Positions 1 through 8,762 of a DNA stretch of 34,119 nucleotides are shown in pieces. The translations under genes and the position numbers were made by a program. The DNA is from an uncultured bacterium. GTDB taxonomy: Bacteria; Patescibacteriota; Minisyncoccia; Phycocordibacterales; UBA9973. Each line of letters opens with the position of its first letter. Position 1 is the first letter of the stretch. Location of the stretch: NCBI GenBank assembly GCA_903907175.1, contig CAIVNB010000069.1, positions 1 through 34,119 of the forward strand, read 5' to 3'. The notes beneath the pieces are model-generated. The model searched no databases, was not told the origin of the DNA, and saw only the letters and a program-made list of their open reading frames with translations.

Positions 1-2229
1 AAAATCTATGTGTTTTATTTCTTTAGTTCTCTTTTCGTATTCTTCTTTTGATATTTCTTCATAAGGGGCAAGTTGATATACATGTTCTGAACGAGGAAGG
101 AATGATAGCCCTCCAACAATGTCCCAATTTTCATAAACAAAGTTTGCAACTTTTATCCATTCATCAGAGCCAACATAAATTGTAACTGATGGATTGTGCT
201 CAATGTAATTTATTTTTAATTTTTTCCACTCTTCAAGTAAATCAATTGCTGAAACTTCGTTACGTGTGATTGCACCTTCTGGTGCTTTAATTGGAAATTC
301 TAACACTGCGACACTTGAGTTTGCAGTAGAATATCCAACTTCTGCTTTTGAAGGAACTCCCTGATCTTTAATCAAAGCAAAAAGTGGGTCATTTGTAGCA
401 ATACGAACTCGTCGAATAAAATATTTGGCATACCATGGATGCATACCACTCCCAACATATAAAAGTTGTCCTGAATTTCCGTGAGGCTTAACTGTAGTAA
501 TACAAGTAGAATGATTTATACCAAACTTTTTTGCATATTCTTTGTTTGTCTTTATTGCTTCAAGGCGAAGCTCACTTAAAACTTCGGCATTACGAATTGT
601 CTTATTGTCATAATATCCTGTAATTGAAACACCAAGCAAGGCTTCTTCTTCACAATTTTCTTTCCATTCTTTTGATAAGTATCCAAAATGTGTAAGAGTT
701 GCCTGATATGTTCCTAAAATAGTTGAAAGTCTTACTTTTCTTTTCAAATCTTCTACACTATCGTTTGGTCTGACAACAATAGAAGTAAGATTACAGAATT
801 GCTTTGAACGCAAAGTAATCTCTCCACAAGGATTACTTCCTGGAAGACCCACAATAACATTTTGGTCATCAATAATACCAGCCTTTTTCCAATTATCAAT
901 TCTACGCTTTGGTAATTGGGTCATAAGACCACCACGATTGAATATTCCGCGTTCTCCAGTGCCTGATTTTATAAGCTCTATCCATTCATTTAAAAATTCT
1001 GAAGCTGAAGGTTTTTGGGAGTAAACTGCAGAATTATTAGCCATAGAACGCTGACCATTATCAATCCAGAATTGACCTTGTTTGCTCTTTCTCATTGACT
1101 CGTCATCAATATCGGAAAGTGAGATAAGAGCACTTCGGCGTACTCCACCTGCAACTACAATCAAACCAATCTGACAAATAATATCATGGAGATCTATATT
1201 GGTTAGTCTTTTCGCCTGACGCGCTAATATTTTAGTTTTAGTAAAATTAATTAAATCTATGAGTGGCTGAGGGCCTGAAGCTCTTCCCCCTGCAGTTTTC
1301 AATCGTGCCCCTGCTGGACGAACTTTGGAATAATCAAAATTAATATCATAACCATCTGCCCAAGTCTTACATGCAAGAACATATGCATCCGCCCATCCTT
1401 CTTTACTGTCTTCCACAACGTGTGTTGCTAATTTTTTTCCTGTCTGTCTTCTTATCTGAGGAAATTTTTGTACAGTTTCTGATTCAACAGAAAAGCCTAA
1501 ACCTGCTCCACACATTAAGATGTACATTATTTCTCCAAGATCCTGCCATGCAGATGGTGCAACAAAAGAACAATTGTATGCCCAGACATTTGATTTTTTA
1601 CAAGCCTCACCCGAGGACCATAAAAGTCTCATTGAAGGACAAACATCTTGTTTTAAAATTCCCTCGCGGACATCCTTAAAATCTTTATCGGAAAATTTCT
1701 TACCGAGATTTTCTTTCATGTAAGCCATGAAACGATCTGTTGTTTCTATCCAAGTCTCACGTCTTCCAAGATTATCTTGCCATTTTGAATATGTTCTATA
1801 AAAAATAAATTCCTCGTATGACCCAACAAAGTATGAACTTGATTCATCAAAAACTTTTTTGTTTTCAGATGGAACAATACCAACTTCTTTTCTTAATTCT
1901 GCTCTTTTTGACCTATATAAAATATAAGATTTAGCTGTTGTATGATATCCGAGATCCATAAGATGTGCTTCTACTAAATCTTGGATCAATTCAACGGTTG
2001 GAATAAATTTTTCTTCTCCTTTTTCTTCATTTATGTGTGTTAATTTGTGAAAAACTTTATTTGCAACACCTTCTGCTTCTTTTTCTCCACCTTCGTGGGT
2101 TATAATAAAAGCTTTATTAACCGCATCAATAATTTTTTCAATACTAAAAGGAATAATTTCCCCTTCACGATTTCTAATGCTTTTAATTTTACCTAACTCT
2201 TTCTTGCTCAAAGTGTTGCTTTTATCCAT
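1..2229 (-). CDS. nrdJ: Class II (adenosylcobalamin-dependent) ribonucleotide reductase with N-terminal ATP-cone; 3' end truncated by window edge
   Basis: Absent from the ORF track because no stop lies in the window. Read manually (spot-checked) from ATG 2229: MDKS...IKSIRNREGEIIPFSIEKI (ATP-cone), FYRTYSKW..GRRETW, AYNCSF, GSNPCGEITLRSKQFCNL (~790-840, catalytic NPCGE), TTVKPHGN, IEHNPSVTI, VYQLAPYEEI. Same frame at both ends. Confidence 0.9.
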   Translation of the reverse strand, partial: MDKSNTLSKKELGKIKSIRNREGEIIPFSIEKIIDAVNKAFIITHEGGEKEAEGVANKVFHKLTHINEEKGEEKFIPTVELIQDLVEAHLMDLGYHTTAKSYILYRSKRAELRKEVGIVPSENKKVFDESSSYFVGSYEEFIFYRTYSKWQDNLGRRETWIETTDRFMAYMKENLGKKFSDKDFKDVREGILKQDVCPSMRLLWSSGEACKKSNVWAYNCSFVAPSAWQDLGEIMYILMCGAGLGFSVESETVQKFPQIRRQTGKKLATHVVEDSKEGWADAYVLACKTWADGYDINFDYSKVRPAGARLKTAGGRASGPQPLIDLINFTKTKILARQAKRLTNIDLHDIICQIGLIVVAGGVRRSALISLSDIDDESMRKSKQGQFWIDNGQRSMANNSAVYSQKPSASEFLNEWIELIKSGTGERGIFNRGGLMTQLPKRRIDNWKKAGIIDDQNVIVGLPGSNPCGEITLRSKQFCNLTSIVVRPNDSVEDLKRKVRLSTILGTYQATLTHFGYLSKEWKENCEEEALLGVSITGYYDNKTIRNAEVLSELRLEAIKTNKEYAKKFGINHSTCITTVKPHGNSGQLLYVGSGMHPWYAKYFIRRVRIATNDPLFALIKDQGVPSKAEVGYSTANSSVAVLEFPIKAPEGAITRNEVSAIDLLEEWKKLKINYIEHNPSVTIYVGSDEWIKVANFVYENWDIVGGLSFLPRSEHVYQLAPYEEISKEEYEKRTKEIKHIDF

Positions 2230-2339
2230 AACAATTATTTTACTCTTTTCTAGCACTTAAACAAGAAAATCTACTAAATGAAACAACTTGAAAGTCTTGT
2301 AAAATGGCTTACTTAAAAATGCCTAATTCTAAACGATTT

Positions 2340-2834
2340 TTAACGCAAAAATTCTACCCTATTCCCTACTTCTAAATTATTCTTTTCAGAAAAACCATCA
2401 AAAACTTCAAGAACATACCTATTATCCACACCTGGTCCAAAAGAGTTTGGATACGAAGATGGTTGCGCACCTTTTTTTATATAAATTACTTTCAAATCAT
2501 CATTAATCCAAATCATATCAATAGGAAAATTCATATCTTTCATCCAAAAATAATTTCTTTGAGGTTTTGAAAATATAAAAAGCATTCCTTCATTTTCTTT
2601 TATATTTTCTCTACCAGAAAGTCCTTTTTCTTGATCCTTTTTGGTTAAGGCAAGATCAACTTTTACTATTTGTCCCGCAATTTTTACATATTTTATATCA
2701 TCTCCGGTTGTTTTTCTTAAAAAAATGTTCTGGCTGGTTAAAAAAAGTCCAATTATCACTAAAAAAAATGCACTTACAATAAAAATAGAGTATTTTTTAA
2801 ATTTCATAGAAAAAATTTTATTTATGTTCTCCAT
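2340..2834 (-). CDS. DUF192-family protein with N-terminal membrane anchor
   Basis: GLSGRE, GMLFIF, FWMKDMNFPIDMIWI and YVLEV motifs. Start taken at ATG 2834, overlapping the upstream stop (ORF track extends to 2873). Confidence 0.85.
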   Translation of the reverse strand: MENINKIFSMKFKKYSIFIVSAFFLVIIGLFLTSQNIFLRKTTGDDIKYVKIAGQIVKVDLALTKKDQEKGLSGRENIKENEGMLFIFSKPQRNYFWMKDMNFPIDMIWINDDLKVIYIKKGAQPSSYPNSFGPGVDNRYVLEVFDGFSEKNNLEVGNRVEFLR

Positions 2835-4212
2835 TCCAACCAAAAAGTTTTCCGATTGATTCTGCTGTTTCACGTTTTCGAATTATTTGAGTCATCCCAT
2901 CTGAAGCAATTATTTTTGCGGGTTCAGAAAGTAAGCAATGATGCGATGAGAGACTATCTTGATAGGCACCAGTATCCAAAAAAGCAACATACTGATCTTC
3001 ACCCTCAGGAATTTTTGGCATAAGAATATAATTTCCTCCAGCAGTATATTTATCATCAGAATCACAAGTACTTCCTGCAAACCAAACTGTCTTAAAAGGT
3101 CCATGCATATTATTGAGTGGTATCGTATGCCATCTCTGGTGAATCGTCCAAGTATCTTTCAAGTCATTAATAAAACTTCCATCAATAACGTACCATGCTT
3201 TCGCATTTGCTTTTGGAATATATTTTTTAGAAATTACTTTATAAATTGTTATTTGTGATGGTGCAACGATATACTGTCCCCATTCTACTGCCAAATTTGG
3301 ATGTCTAATCCCTGCTTTGTCTGATAAATTTTTTAAAATTTTTATCATCTTACTTGAAACACCTTTCGCAGTGTAAAACTTTTTCTTTTCATAAGGAACA
3401 CCAAACCCACCACCAATATCTAATGTATCTAAACTAGGATGTATTTTTTGTAATTGTACGTAAATAGAGAATGCATGTTTAATGCCATCTAAAATGCTTT
3501 TCTGAGTCTTTATCTGTGAACCCAAATGATAATGCATTATTTTTAGATTCTTCATCTTACCTAAAGACAAGACATCTTTCTCAGATAAGCCAAAACGATC
3601 AAATTTTTTGTCCCAATGTGTATCAGCTTTAATATCGAGATCTACCCGAATCCCTGTATCACCTTTGTATTTTGATAATCTATCAATTTCTTCCCATCCT
3701 TCAATAATAGGTATAATGTTCATACCTTTTCCACGCAATTCTTCAATTAAATCAAGATATTGGTCTGTTTTTGGACCATTGCAAAGAACTCTAATTTTTG
3801 AATTGAACTTCTCCCCTTCCCATAATTTTTTTACAATCCAAAGCTCATTTGCAGAGGTAACTTCCAAATTTCCTCCCTCTGAAAGAATTGGTAATATAAA
3901 TTCCTTATTTTGATTTACTTTCATTGGATAATGATAATAGAATTTACCCTTATATCCATAAATCTTCATGTATGCTTGAAAATAACCAATCAAATCTTTA
4001 AGTCTGTCTTCTATGATAAAGGGGAAAACTATTTGAAGGGGTGTCCCATATTTAATAGCAAGCCTGCTTAAGTCATAGACATGATATCCTTCTGTTGCAG
4101 TAAGATTGCCATCTTTGCTCACACCTAAAAATTGCGTATTGAATTCGTCAATACCCAATTTCCAAAATTTTCGCCAATTCTTCCCCTGTTTTTTTACTTT
4201 TTTCTTTCCCAT
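2818..4212 (-). CDS. PLP-dependent group IV (Orn/DAP/Arg) decarboxylase, most like a short arginine decarboxylase (SpeA-like)
   Basis: YHYPMKVNQ (PLP lysine, SpeA-type YPxKVNQ), HYHLGSQ, DIGGGFG, TCDSDD, GAYQD. Confidence 0.8.
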   Translation of the reverse strand: MGKKKVKKQGKNWRKFWKLGIDEFNTQFLGVSKDGNLTATEGYHVYDLSRLAIKYGTPLQIVFPFIIEDRLKDLIGYFQAYMKIYGYKGKFYYHYPMKVNQNKEFILPILSEGGNLEVTSANELWIVKKLWEGEKFNSKIRVLCNGPKTDQYLDLIEELRGKGMNIIPIIEGWEEIDRLSKYKGDTGIRVDLDIKADTHWDKKFDRFGLSEKDVLSLGKMKNLKIMHYHLGSQIKTQKSILDGIKHAFSIYVQLQKIHPSLDTLDIGGGFGVPYEKKKFYTAKGVSSKMIKILKNLSDKAGIRHPNLAVEWGQYIVAPSQITIYKVISKKYIPKANAKAWYVIDGSFINDLKDTWTIHQRWHTIPLNNMHGPFKTVWFAGSTCDSDDKYTAGGNYILMPKIPEGEDQYVAFLDTGAYQDSLSSHHCLLSEPAKIIASDGMTQIIRKRETAESIGKLFGWNGEHK

Positions 4213-4224
4213 CTAAGTAAAATT

Positions 4225-4233
4225 ATTATAGCA
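4225..4233 (-). promoter_or_regulatory. Extended -10 promoter TGCTATAAT for the decarboxylase gene
   Basis: Perfect TGnTATAAT on the minus strand, 12 nt before ATG 4212. Confidence 0.7.
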
Positions 4234-4257
4234 ACCTGTCAAAATTTGTAAAGATAA

Positions 4258-5571
4258 TTACCCACCTTTTAAATAGTTCCCCAAAAAATCTTCTTTGAAT
4301 TCAAAAAAGTTGTCGTCTAAAATTGATTGTCGAATTTTTTTTACCAAGCTAACAATAAAATGCAAATTATGAATTGAAGCAAGTGTGCCTGCCAACATTT
4401 CTTTGCCATGAAATAAATGTGCAATATAGCTCCTTGTGTAATTTTTACAAGAATAACATTCACAATCTTTCTCAATTGGTGAAAAATCATCTCTAAATTT
4501 TTTATTTGTAATAATTATTTTACCAAGCTTTGTATAAATAGTTCCATTCCTTCCAAGTCGTGTTGGTAGTACGCAATCAAAAAGATCTACTCCATTTTCT
4601 ATTCCCATAAATAAATCCTCTGGCTCACCTATCCCAAGTAAGTGACGCGGTTTTTCTTCTGGCAATATTTCATTGACCCATTTTACTGCAGAAGACATAT
4701 CTTCTTTTGCAAAAGATCCACCAATACCAAAACCATCAAAATGTTTTCCATCAACATTTATTTCAGAAATTATTTTTGCAGATTCTTTCCGCAAAGATTC
4801 TTCTCTGCCTCCTTGCACAATTCCAAAAAGTGCTTGAGTAAAAAACAAAGCAGAATTTTCTTGAGGTGAGCTTCTTTCGATTTCGAATGTCCGAGGGTCC
4901 CGCCCCGTACTCGGGGAAGGGTGCAGGACTGAGAAATTGGAAGAAGCGAGGCGAATGTGTTCCCTTAAACTTCTCTCTGCCCAACGGTGAGTTCGTTCGA
5001 GAGCCTCACTTTGATATTTTAAATCCTCTGTTGGACTAGTACACTCATCAAAAGCAAAAATAATATCCGCACCAAGGTTACGTTGAATCTGAATTGATTT
5101 TTCAGGAGTAATATAGTGGATGGAACCATCTAAGTGTGATTTAAAAGAAACTCCATCATGTCCAATTTTCGCAAGTCGTGGAGCATCAGAGTCATCAAAA
5201 CGTTCAGGTATTAAAAGAGATGGGTCGGTAATTTTTGTAATCTTTGAAATATCTTTTCCATAAGCAGCGCCTAACGAAAAAACCTGGAAACCCCCAGAGT
5301 CGGTCATCGTCGGACCCTTCCAATTCATAAATTTCCCTATTCCTCCAGCATCTCGCACAATTTCATCTCCTGGTTGTAAATATAAGTGATAAGTATTCCC
5401 AAGTACTACTTCTGTGCCTGCGTCTCGCACCTGTTCAGGATTTAAAGATTTAATCGTCGCTTTAGTCCCCACCGCGACAAATGCTGGTGTATAAATTACC
5501 CCATGTACGGTCTCCAGTGTTCCAGCCCGCCCCAAGTTGCCTTTTAACTTTTTTTCGATTTTAAAATTCAT
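4258..5571 (-). CDS. tgt: tRNA-guanine transglycosylase with a ~35-40 aa in-frame insertion
   Basis: TPAFVAVGT, NTYHL, TDSGGFQVFSL, FDECT, GIVQGG, DLFDCVLPTR, CxCxxC zinc site, HNL. Confidence 0.95.
   Translation of the reverse strand: MNFKIEKKLKGNLGRAGTLETVHGVIYTPAFVAVGTKATIKSLNPEQVRDAGTEVVLGNTYHLYLQPGDEIVRDAGGIGKFMNWKGPTMTDSGGFQVFSLGAAYGKDISKITKITDPSLLIPERFDDSDAPRLAKIGHDGVSFKSHLDGSIHYITPEKSIQIQRNLGADIIFAFDECTSPTEDLKYQSEALERTHRWAERSLREHIRLASSNFSVLHPSPSTGRDPRTFEIERSSPQENSALFFTQALFGIVQGGREESLRKESAKIISEINVDGKHFDGFGIGGSFAKEDMSSAVKWVNEILPEEKPRHLLGIGEPEDLFMGIENGVDLFDCVLPTRLGRNGTIYTKLGKIIITNKKFRDDFSPIEKDCECYSCKNYTRSYIAHLFHGKEMLAGTLASIHNLHFIVSLVKKIRQSILDDNFFEFKEDFLGNYLKGG
4870..4947. repeat. GC-rich palindromic element inserted in frame in tgt
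   Basis: Arms GCTTCTTTCGATTTC (4870-4884) and GAAATTGGAAGAAGC (4933-4947). Inner GTCC/GGAC pairing and a CCCCG-TACT-CGGGG hairpin (4903-4916). Confidence 0.7.
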
Positions 5572-5575
5572 TACA

Positions 5576-6367
5576 TTATTTCTCTACTTCTACAGATTTT
5601 AATTGAAAAATATTTACGGGGCTCGAAAGAAGTGCCTTTTGATATGAATCGCGCGGATCAGAAAGAATTGTTTGTACTATTGCAACGGTATGTGGTGTTA
5701 TCCCTGGCAAAAAAACTTCTGCCCCTTTTTCTATTAAAAAATCTCTAGGCAGTAACATCTCAAAATTTCCTCCACCTCTACCAATGACTTGCATATAAGC
5801 ATCCCTACCAGATACAACAACTTCCGTTTTTTCTGCTGGATTTGAAAATAAAATAACTTTAGAGGAATTTGAATAAACCTCTCCGATTTTCCCAATCGGC
5901 ACGTTCCCTTGCGCAAAAACTTTTTGTCCAATGATAATTCCGTTTTTTGTTCCAATATCTATGATAAAAGTATCGTACGGAGAACTATTTGGTTTAGACA
6001 AAATATTTCCAAGAATTAGATTGTTATTTCCCCCACTTCTTCCCAACGCATCCTTGAGTTTAGTATTTTCATCTAGAATAGAATTGTAATTCGACATCCT
6101 CGCTTCATCAAGACTCTGATTTAACTTTAGAGTCTGGTTTTCTAAAGAAAGCATTTTCTTAGAATTAAAATATACCCCCAAATTTTTAAAATTATTTCCA
6201 ATATTGTTACCTAAAAATACAAAAGGACGAAAAACAAAATGAGAAGTAGCAGATAGTCCACTCATTACACCTGATCTAAAATAAATTAAAAAAAGAAAAA
6301 AAACAGCAATTAATGCCACTCTCTTAATCTTTTGTCTTTTTATTTTTTTATCTAGGAGGTAACTCAT
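5576..6367 (-). CDS. mreC: Rod shape-determining protein MreC
   Basis: N-terminal TM helix, coiled coil (LENQTLK..LDENTKLK), IIDIGTKNGI beta domain; directly downstream of mreB. Start taken at MSYLL (6367). Confidence 0.88.
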   Translation of the reverse strand: MSYLLDKKIKRQKIKRVALIAVFFLFLIYFRSGVMSGLSATSHFVFRPFVFLGNNIGNNFKNLGVYFNSKKMLSLENQTLKLNQSLDEARMSNYNSILDENTKLKDALGRSGGNNNLILGNILSKPNSSPYDTFIIDIGTKNGIIIGQKVFAQGNVPIGKIGEVYSNSSKVILFSNPAEKTEVVVSGRDAYMQVIGRGGGNFEMLLPRDFLIEKGAEVFLPGITPHTVAIVQTILSDPRDSYQKALLSSPVNIFQLKSVEVEK

Positions 6368-7394
6368 CTTGATTACCAATCAAAACTTCACGATAATATT
6401 CTAAATCGTCGAGTATAATTCCAGTCCCTCTTGCAACAGCTGAAAGTGGATCATCTACTACATAAACAGGAATTCTAAGCGCATTTTGTAAAAGCCTATC
6501 AATCCCTAAAAGCAAAGCCCCTCCCCCAGAGAGCATTATACCGTTATGCATTATATCTGATAGAATTTCAGGTGGAGTAGTTTCGAGTACATCCTTTACT
6601 CCTTCAACAAAATCTTTTATTGAAAGAGAAATTGCCTCACGAACATCAGAATCAGTTACCACCACCTCACGAGGCAATCCTGTTAATAAATCTCTTCCTC
6701 TTACCTCTATTTCCATATACTCTCCTGGAATAACAGATCCAATAGAAATTTTAATAAATTCGGCAGTTCTTTCTCCAATAAGTATCTTAAATTCATCTCG
6801 CATATAAGTGATAATGTCATTATTTAGTCTATCACCTGCAATTTTTAAATTTTTTGATTTTACTATTCCCCCAAGAGAAATAACTGCAATATCAGTAGTG
6901 CCTCCACCGATATCTATCACCATAGAGCCAGTAGCATCTTTAATGGGAAGTCTAATGCCAATAGCCGCAGCCATCGGCTCCTCTACTAAAAATACTTCCC
7001 GAGCTCCAGCCGAGCGAGCAGCATCATAAACTGCCCTTGTCTCCACATTTGTTGTGCCTGATGGTACTCCAATCAAGACTCTCGGTCTTGCTATTTTTTT
7101 TGACATTTTGTCTGCCTTATTAATTAGATACGAAAGCATTTCTTCGGTTACTTCAAAGTCTGAAATAACGCCATCAACAAGTGGCCTTATCGCCTTTATA
7201 TGTCCTGGAGTTCTCCCAAGCATTTCTTTTGCTTTTGCACCTACCGCCAAGATTTGACTAGTCTTCATATTCACAGCCACAACCGAAGGTTCATTTATGA
7301 CAATTCCATGACCCTTCAAATACACCAAAGTATTAGATGTTCCTAAGTCTATGCCAATATCATTTGAAACTAATTTGTAAAATTTATCAAACAT
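6348..7394 (-). CDS. mreB: Rod shape-determining protein MreB (actin-like)
   Basis: IGIDLGTSNT, RPLVDGVISDF, EEPMAAAIG, VIDIGGGTTD, SGGGALL. Confidence 0.97.
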   Translation of the reverse strand: MFDKFYKLVSNDIGIDLGTSNTLVYLKGHGIVINEPSVVAVNMKTSQILAVGAKAKEMLGRTPGHIKAIRPLVDGVISDFEVTEEMLSYLINKADKMSKKIARPRVLIGVPSGTTNVETRAVYDAARSAGAREVFLVEEPMAAAIGIRLPIKDATGSMVIDIGGGTTDIAVISLGGIVKSKNLKIAGDRLNNDIITYMRDEFKILIGERTAEFIKISIGSVIPGEYMEIEVRGRDLLTGLPREVVVTDSDVREAISLSIKDFVEGVKDVLETTPPEILSDIMHNGIMLSGGGALLLGIDRLLQNALRIPVYVVDDPLSAVARGTGIILDDLEYYREVLIGNQDELPPR

Positions 7395-7403
7395 AAAAAT
7401 ACT

Positions 7404-8657
7404 TTAGATGCTAGACTTTAGTAATTTTATTAATTCATCGACAGAAACAACCTTCCCTTTTTCTTCAGTTCTCTTTTTTAATTCAATTCCGTTCTCTTTT
7501 ATACTACGAAGAGATATAACTGCACGATATGGAATACCAATTAAATCAGAATCCGCAAATTTTTCTCCCGCAGATAGTCCCACTCTATCGTCAAATAACA
7601 CTTCTATTCCATTTTTTAATAATTTTTCGTAAACATTATTCGATTCAGCTAAAACCCCATCATCATTTCCCAAAGAAAGTAAATGAACCTGAAATGGAGC
7701 AATAGACTCTGGCCAAATAATACCCTTGTCGTCAGCCAACGCTTCTACCACAGTACCCATAAGACGGCTAAGCCCTATCCCGTAGCAACCCATTAAAATC
7801 GTGTGTTTTTCACCTTTTTCATCTACATAAGATAAATCAAATGGCTCTGAATACTTGGTTTTTAAATCAAAAATGTTACCAACTTCAATAGCTTTGTGTT
7901 CTACTAATTTTTCTTTTTTAAGACCTAAACTTTGCAATACTTCTTCATTAAAAACTTCTTTATTAACAGCGATAGAGCTTTCTTCGTCTATATAAATTGT
8001 GTCTTCACCAGCAGAGGTAATCGTCTGAAATTCATGAGAATATTTTGAAAAAGTTCCGCCAGAAGCAAAAGTGAGATAAGTCAAATGCCCGATACCAGCT
8101 CTCTCGAAAATGGTTTTATAAACTATTTTCATTTTATTATAAAAATTCTCAAAATCTTCTTGTGTAGTGTGAAAAGAATACATGTCTTTCATAATAAATT
8201 CTCTTCCTCTTAGCATCCCTGATTTTGCACGAAGTTCCATTCGGAATTTATTTTGAATTTGATATAAGGCAAGAGGTAAATCTTTATAAGAAGATATGTA
8301 ATTTTTTAGAATTGGCACAACTATTTCTTCGTGAGTAGGGCCAAGTGCAACTTCTCTACCAGATGAATCACTAACCTTATATAAATCTGTCATTGATTCC
8401 CAACGACCTGTTTTTTCCCAATTTTCCTTTGGCTGCATTGAAGGCATCAAAATTTCTTGCCCTCCTGCCTTATCCATTTCTTCTCTAATTATATTTTCAA
8501 TCTTTTTAAGAACACGAAGTCCAAATGGTAAATAAGAATAAACTCCGGCCATTTCCTTATGGATAAATCCTCCACGAATAAGAAATAGAGCGTTATTTGA
8601 CACTTCATCTGTCGGAGCTTCTTTCTTTGTTTTAGTAAAAAGTTTCGATTGTTTCAT
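7404..8657 (-). CDS. proS: Prolyl-tRNA synthetase, short form without the INS editing domain
   Basis: LGPTHEE, KFRMELRAKSGMLRGREFIMKDMYSF, IEVGNIF, MGCYGIGLSR, anticodon domain LFDDR..GEKFADSDLIG. Start MKQSKLF is supported by promoter spacing. Confidence 0.93.
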   Translation of the reverse strand: MKQSKLFTKTKKEAPTDEVSNNALFLIRGGFIHKEMAGVYSYLPFGLRVLKKIENIIREEMDKAGGQEILMPSMQPKENWEKTGRWESMTDLYKVSDSSGREVALGPTHEEIVVPILKNYISSYKDLPLALYQIQNKFRMELRAKSGMLRGREFIMKDMYSFHTTQEDFENFYNKMKIVYKTIFERAGIGHLTYLTFASGGTFSKYSHEFQTITSAGEDTIYIDEESSIAVNKEVFNEEVLQSLGLKKEKLVEHKAIEVGNIFDLKTKYSEPFDLSYVDEKGEKHTILMGCYGIGLSRLMGTVVEALADDKGIIWPESIAPFQVHLLSLGNDDGVLAESNNVYEKLLKNGIEVLFDDRVGLSAGEKFADSDLIGIPYRAVISLRSIKENGIELKKRTEEKGKVVSVDELIKLLKSSI

Positions 8658-8664
8658 TCCTTCC

Positions 8665-8693
8665 ATATTACCCGAAAAAAGTCTTTTGGTCAA
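8665..8693 (-). promoter_or_regulatory. Sigma70 promoter of proS-mreB-mreC-tgt (TTGACC-17-TAATAT), predicted leaderless
   Basis: -35 at 8688-8693, -10 at 8665-8670, 7 nt before ATG 8657. Confidence 0.65.
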
Positions 8694-8726
8694 AGAATTA
8701 CAATATATATTAAAAAATGAATAAAT

Positions 8727-8755
8727 TTGCAAAAAGTATCTATTTCTGCTAGAAT
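8727..8755 (+). promoter_or_regulatory. Sigma70 promoter of rpsB-tsf (TTGCAA-17-TAGAAT with TG extension), predicted leaderless
   Basis: -35 at 8727-8732, TGCTAGAAT at 8747-8755, 7 nt before ATG 8763. Confidence 0.7.
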
Positions 8756-8762
8756 TACCGTT

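Noticed and set aside
1371-1723. Plus-strand ORFs of 102 and 67 aa
   Set aside because: They are antisense shadows of nrdJ with no recognisable motifs.
4845-4960. tgt insertion as an intein or self-splicing intron
   Set aside because: It is far too short and lacks intein terminal residues and a group I/II core.
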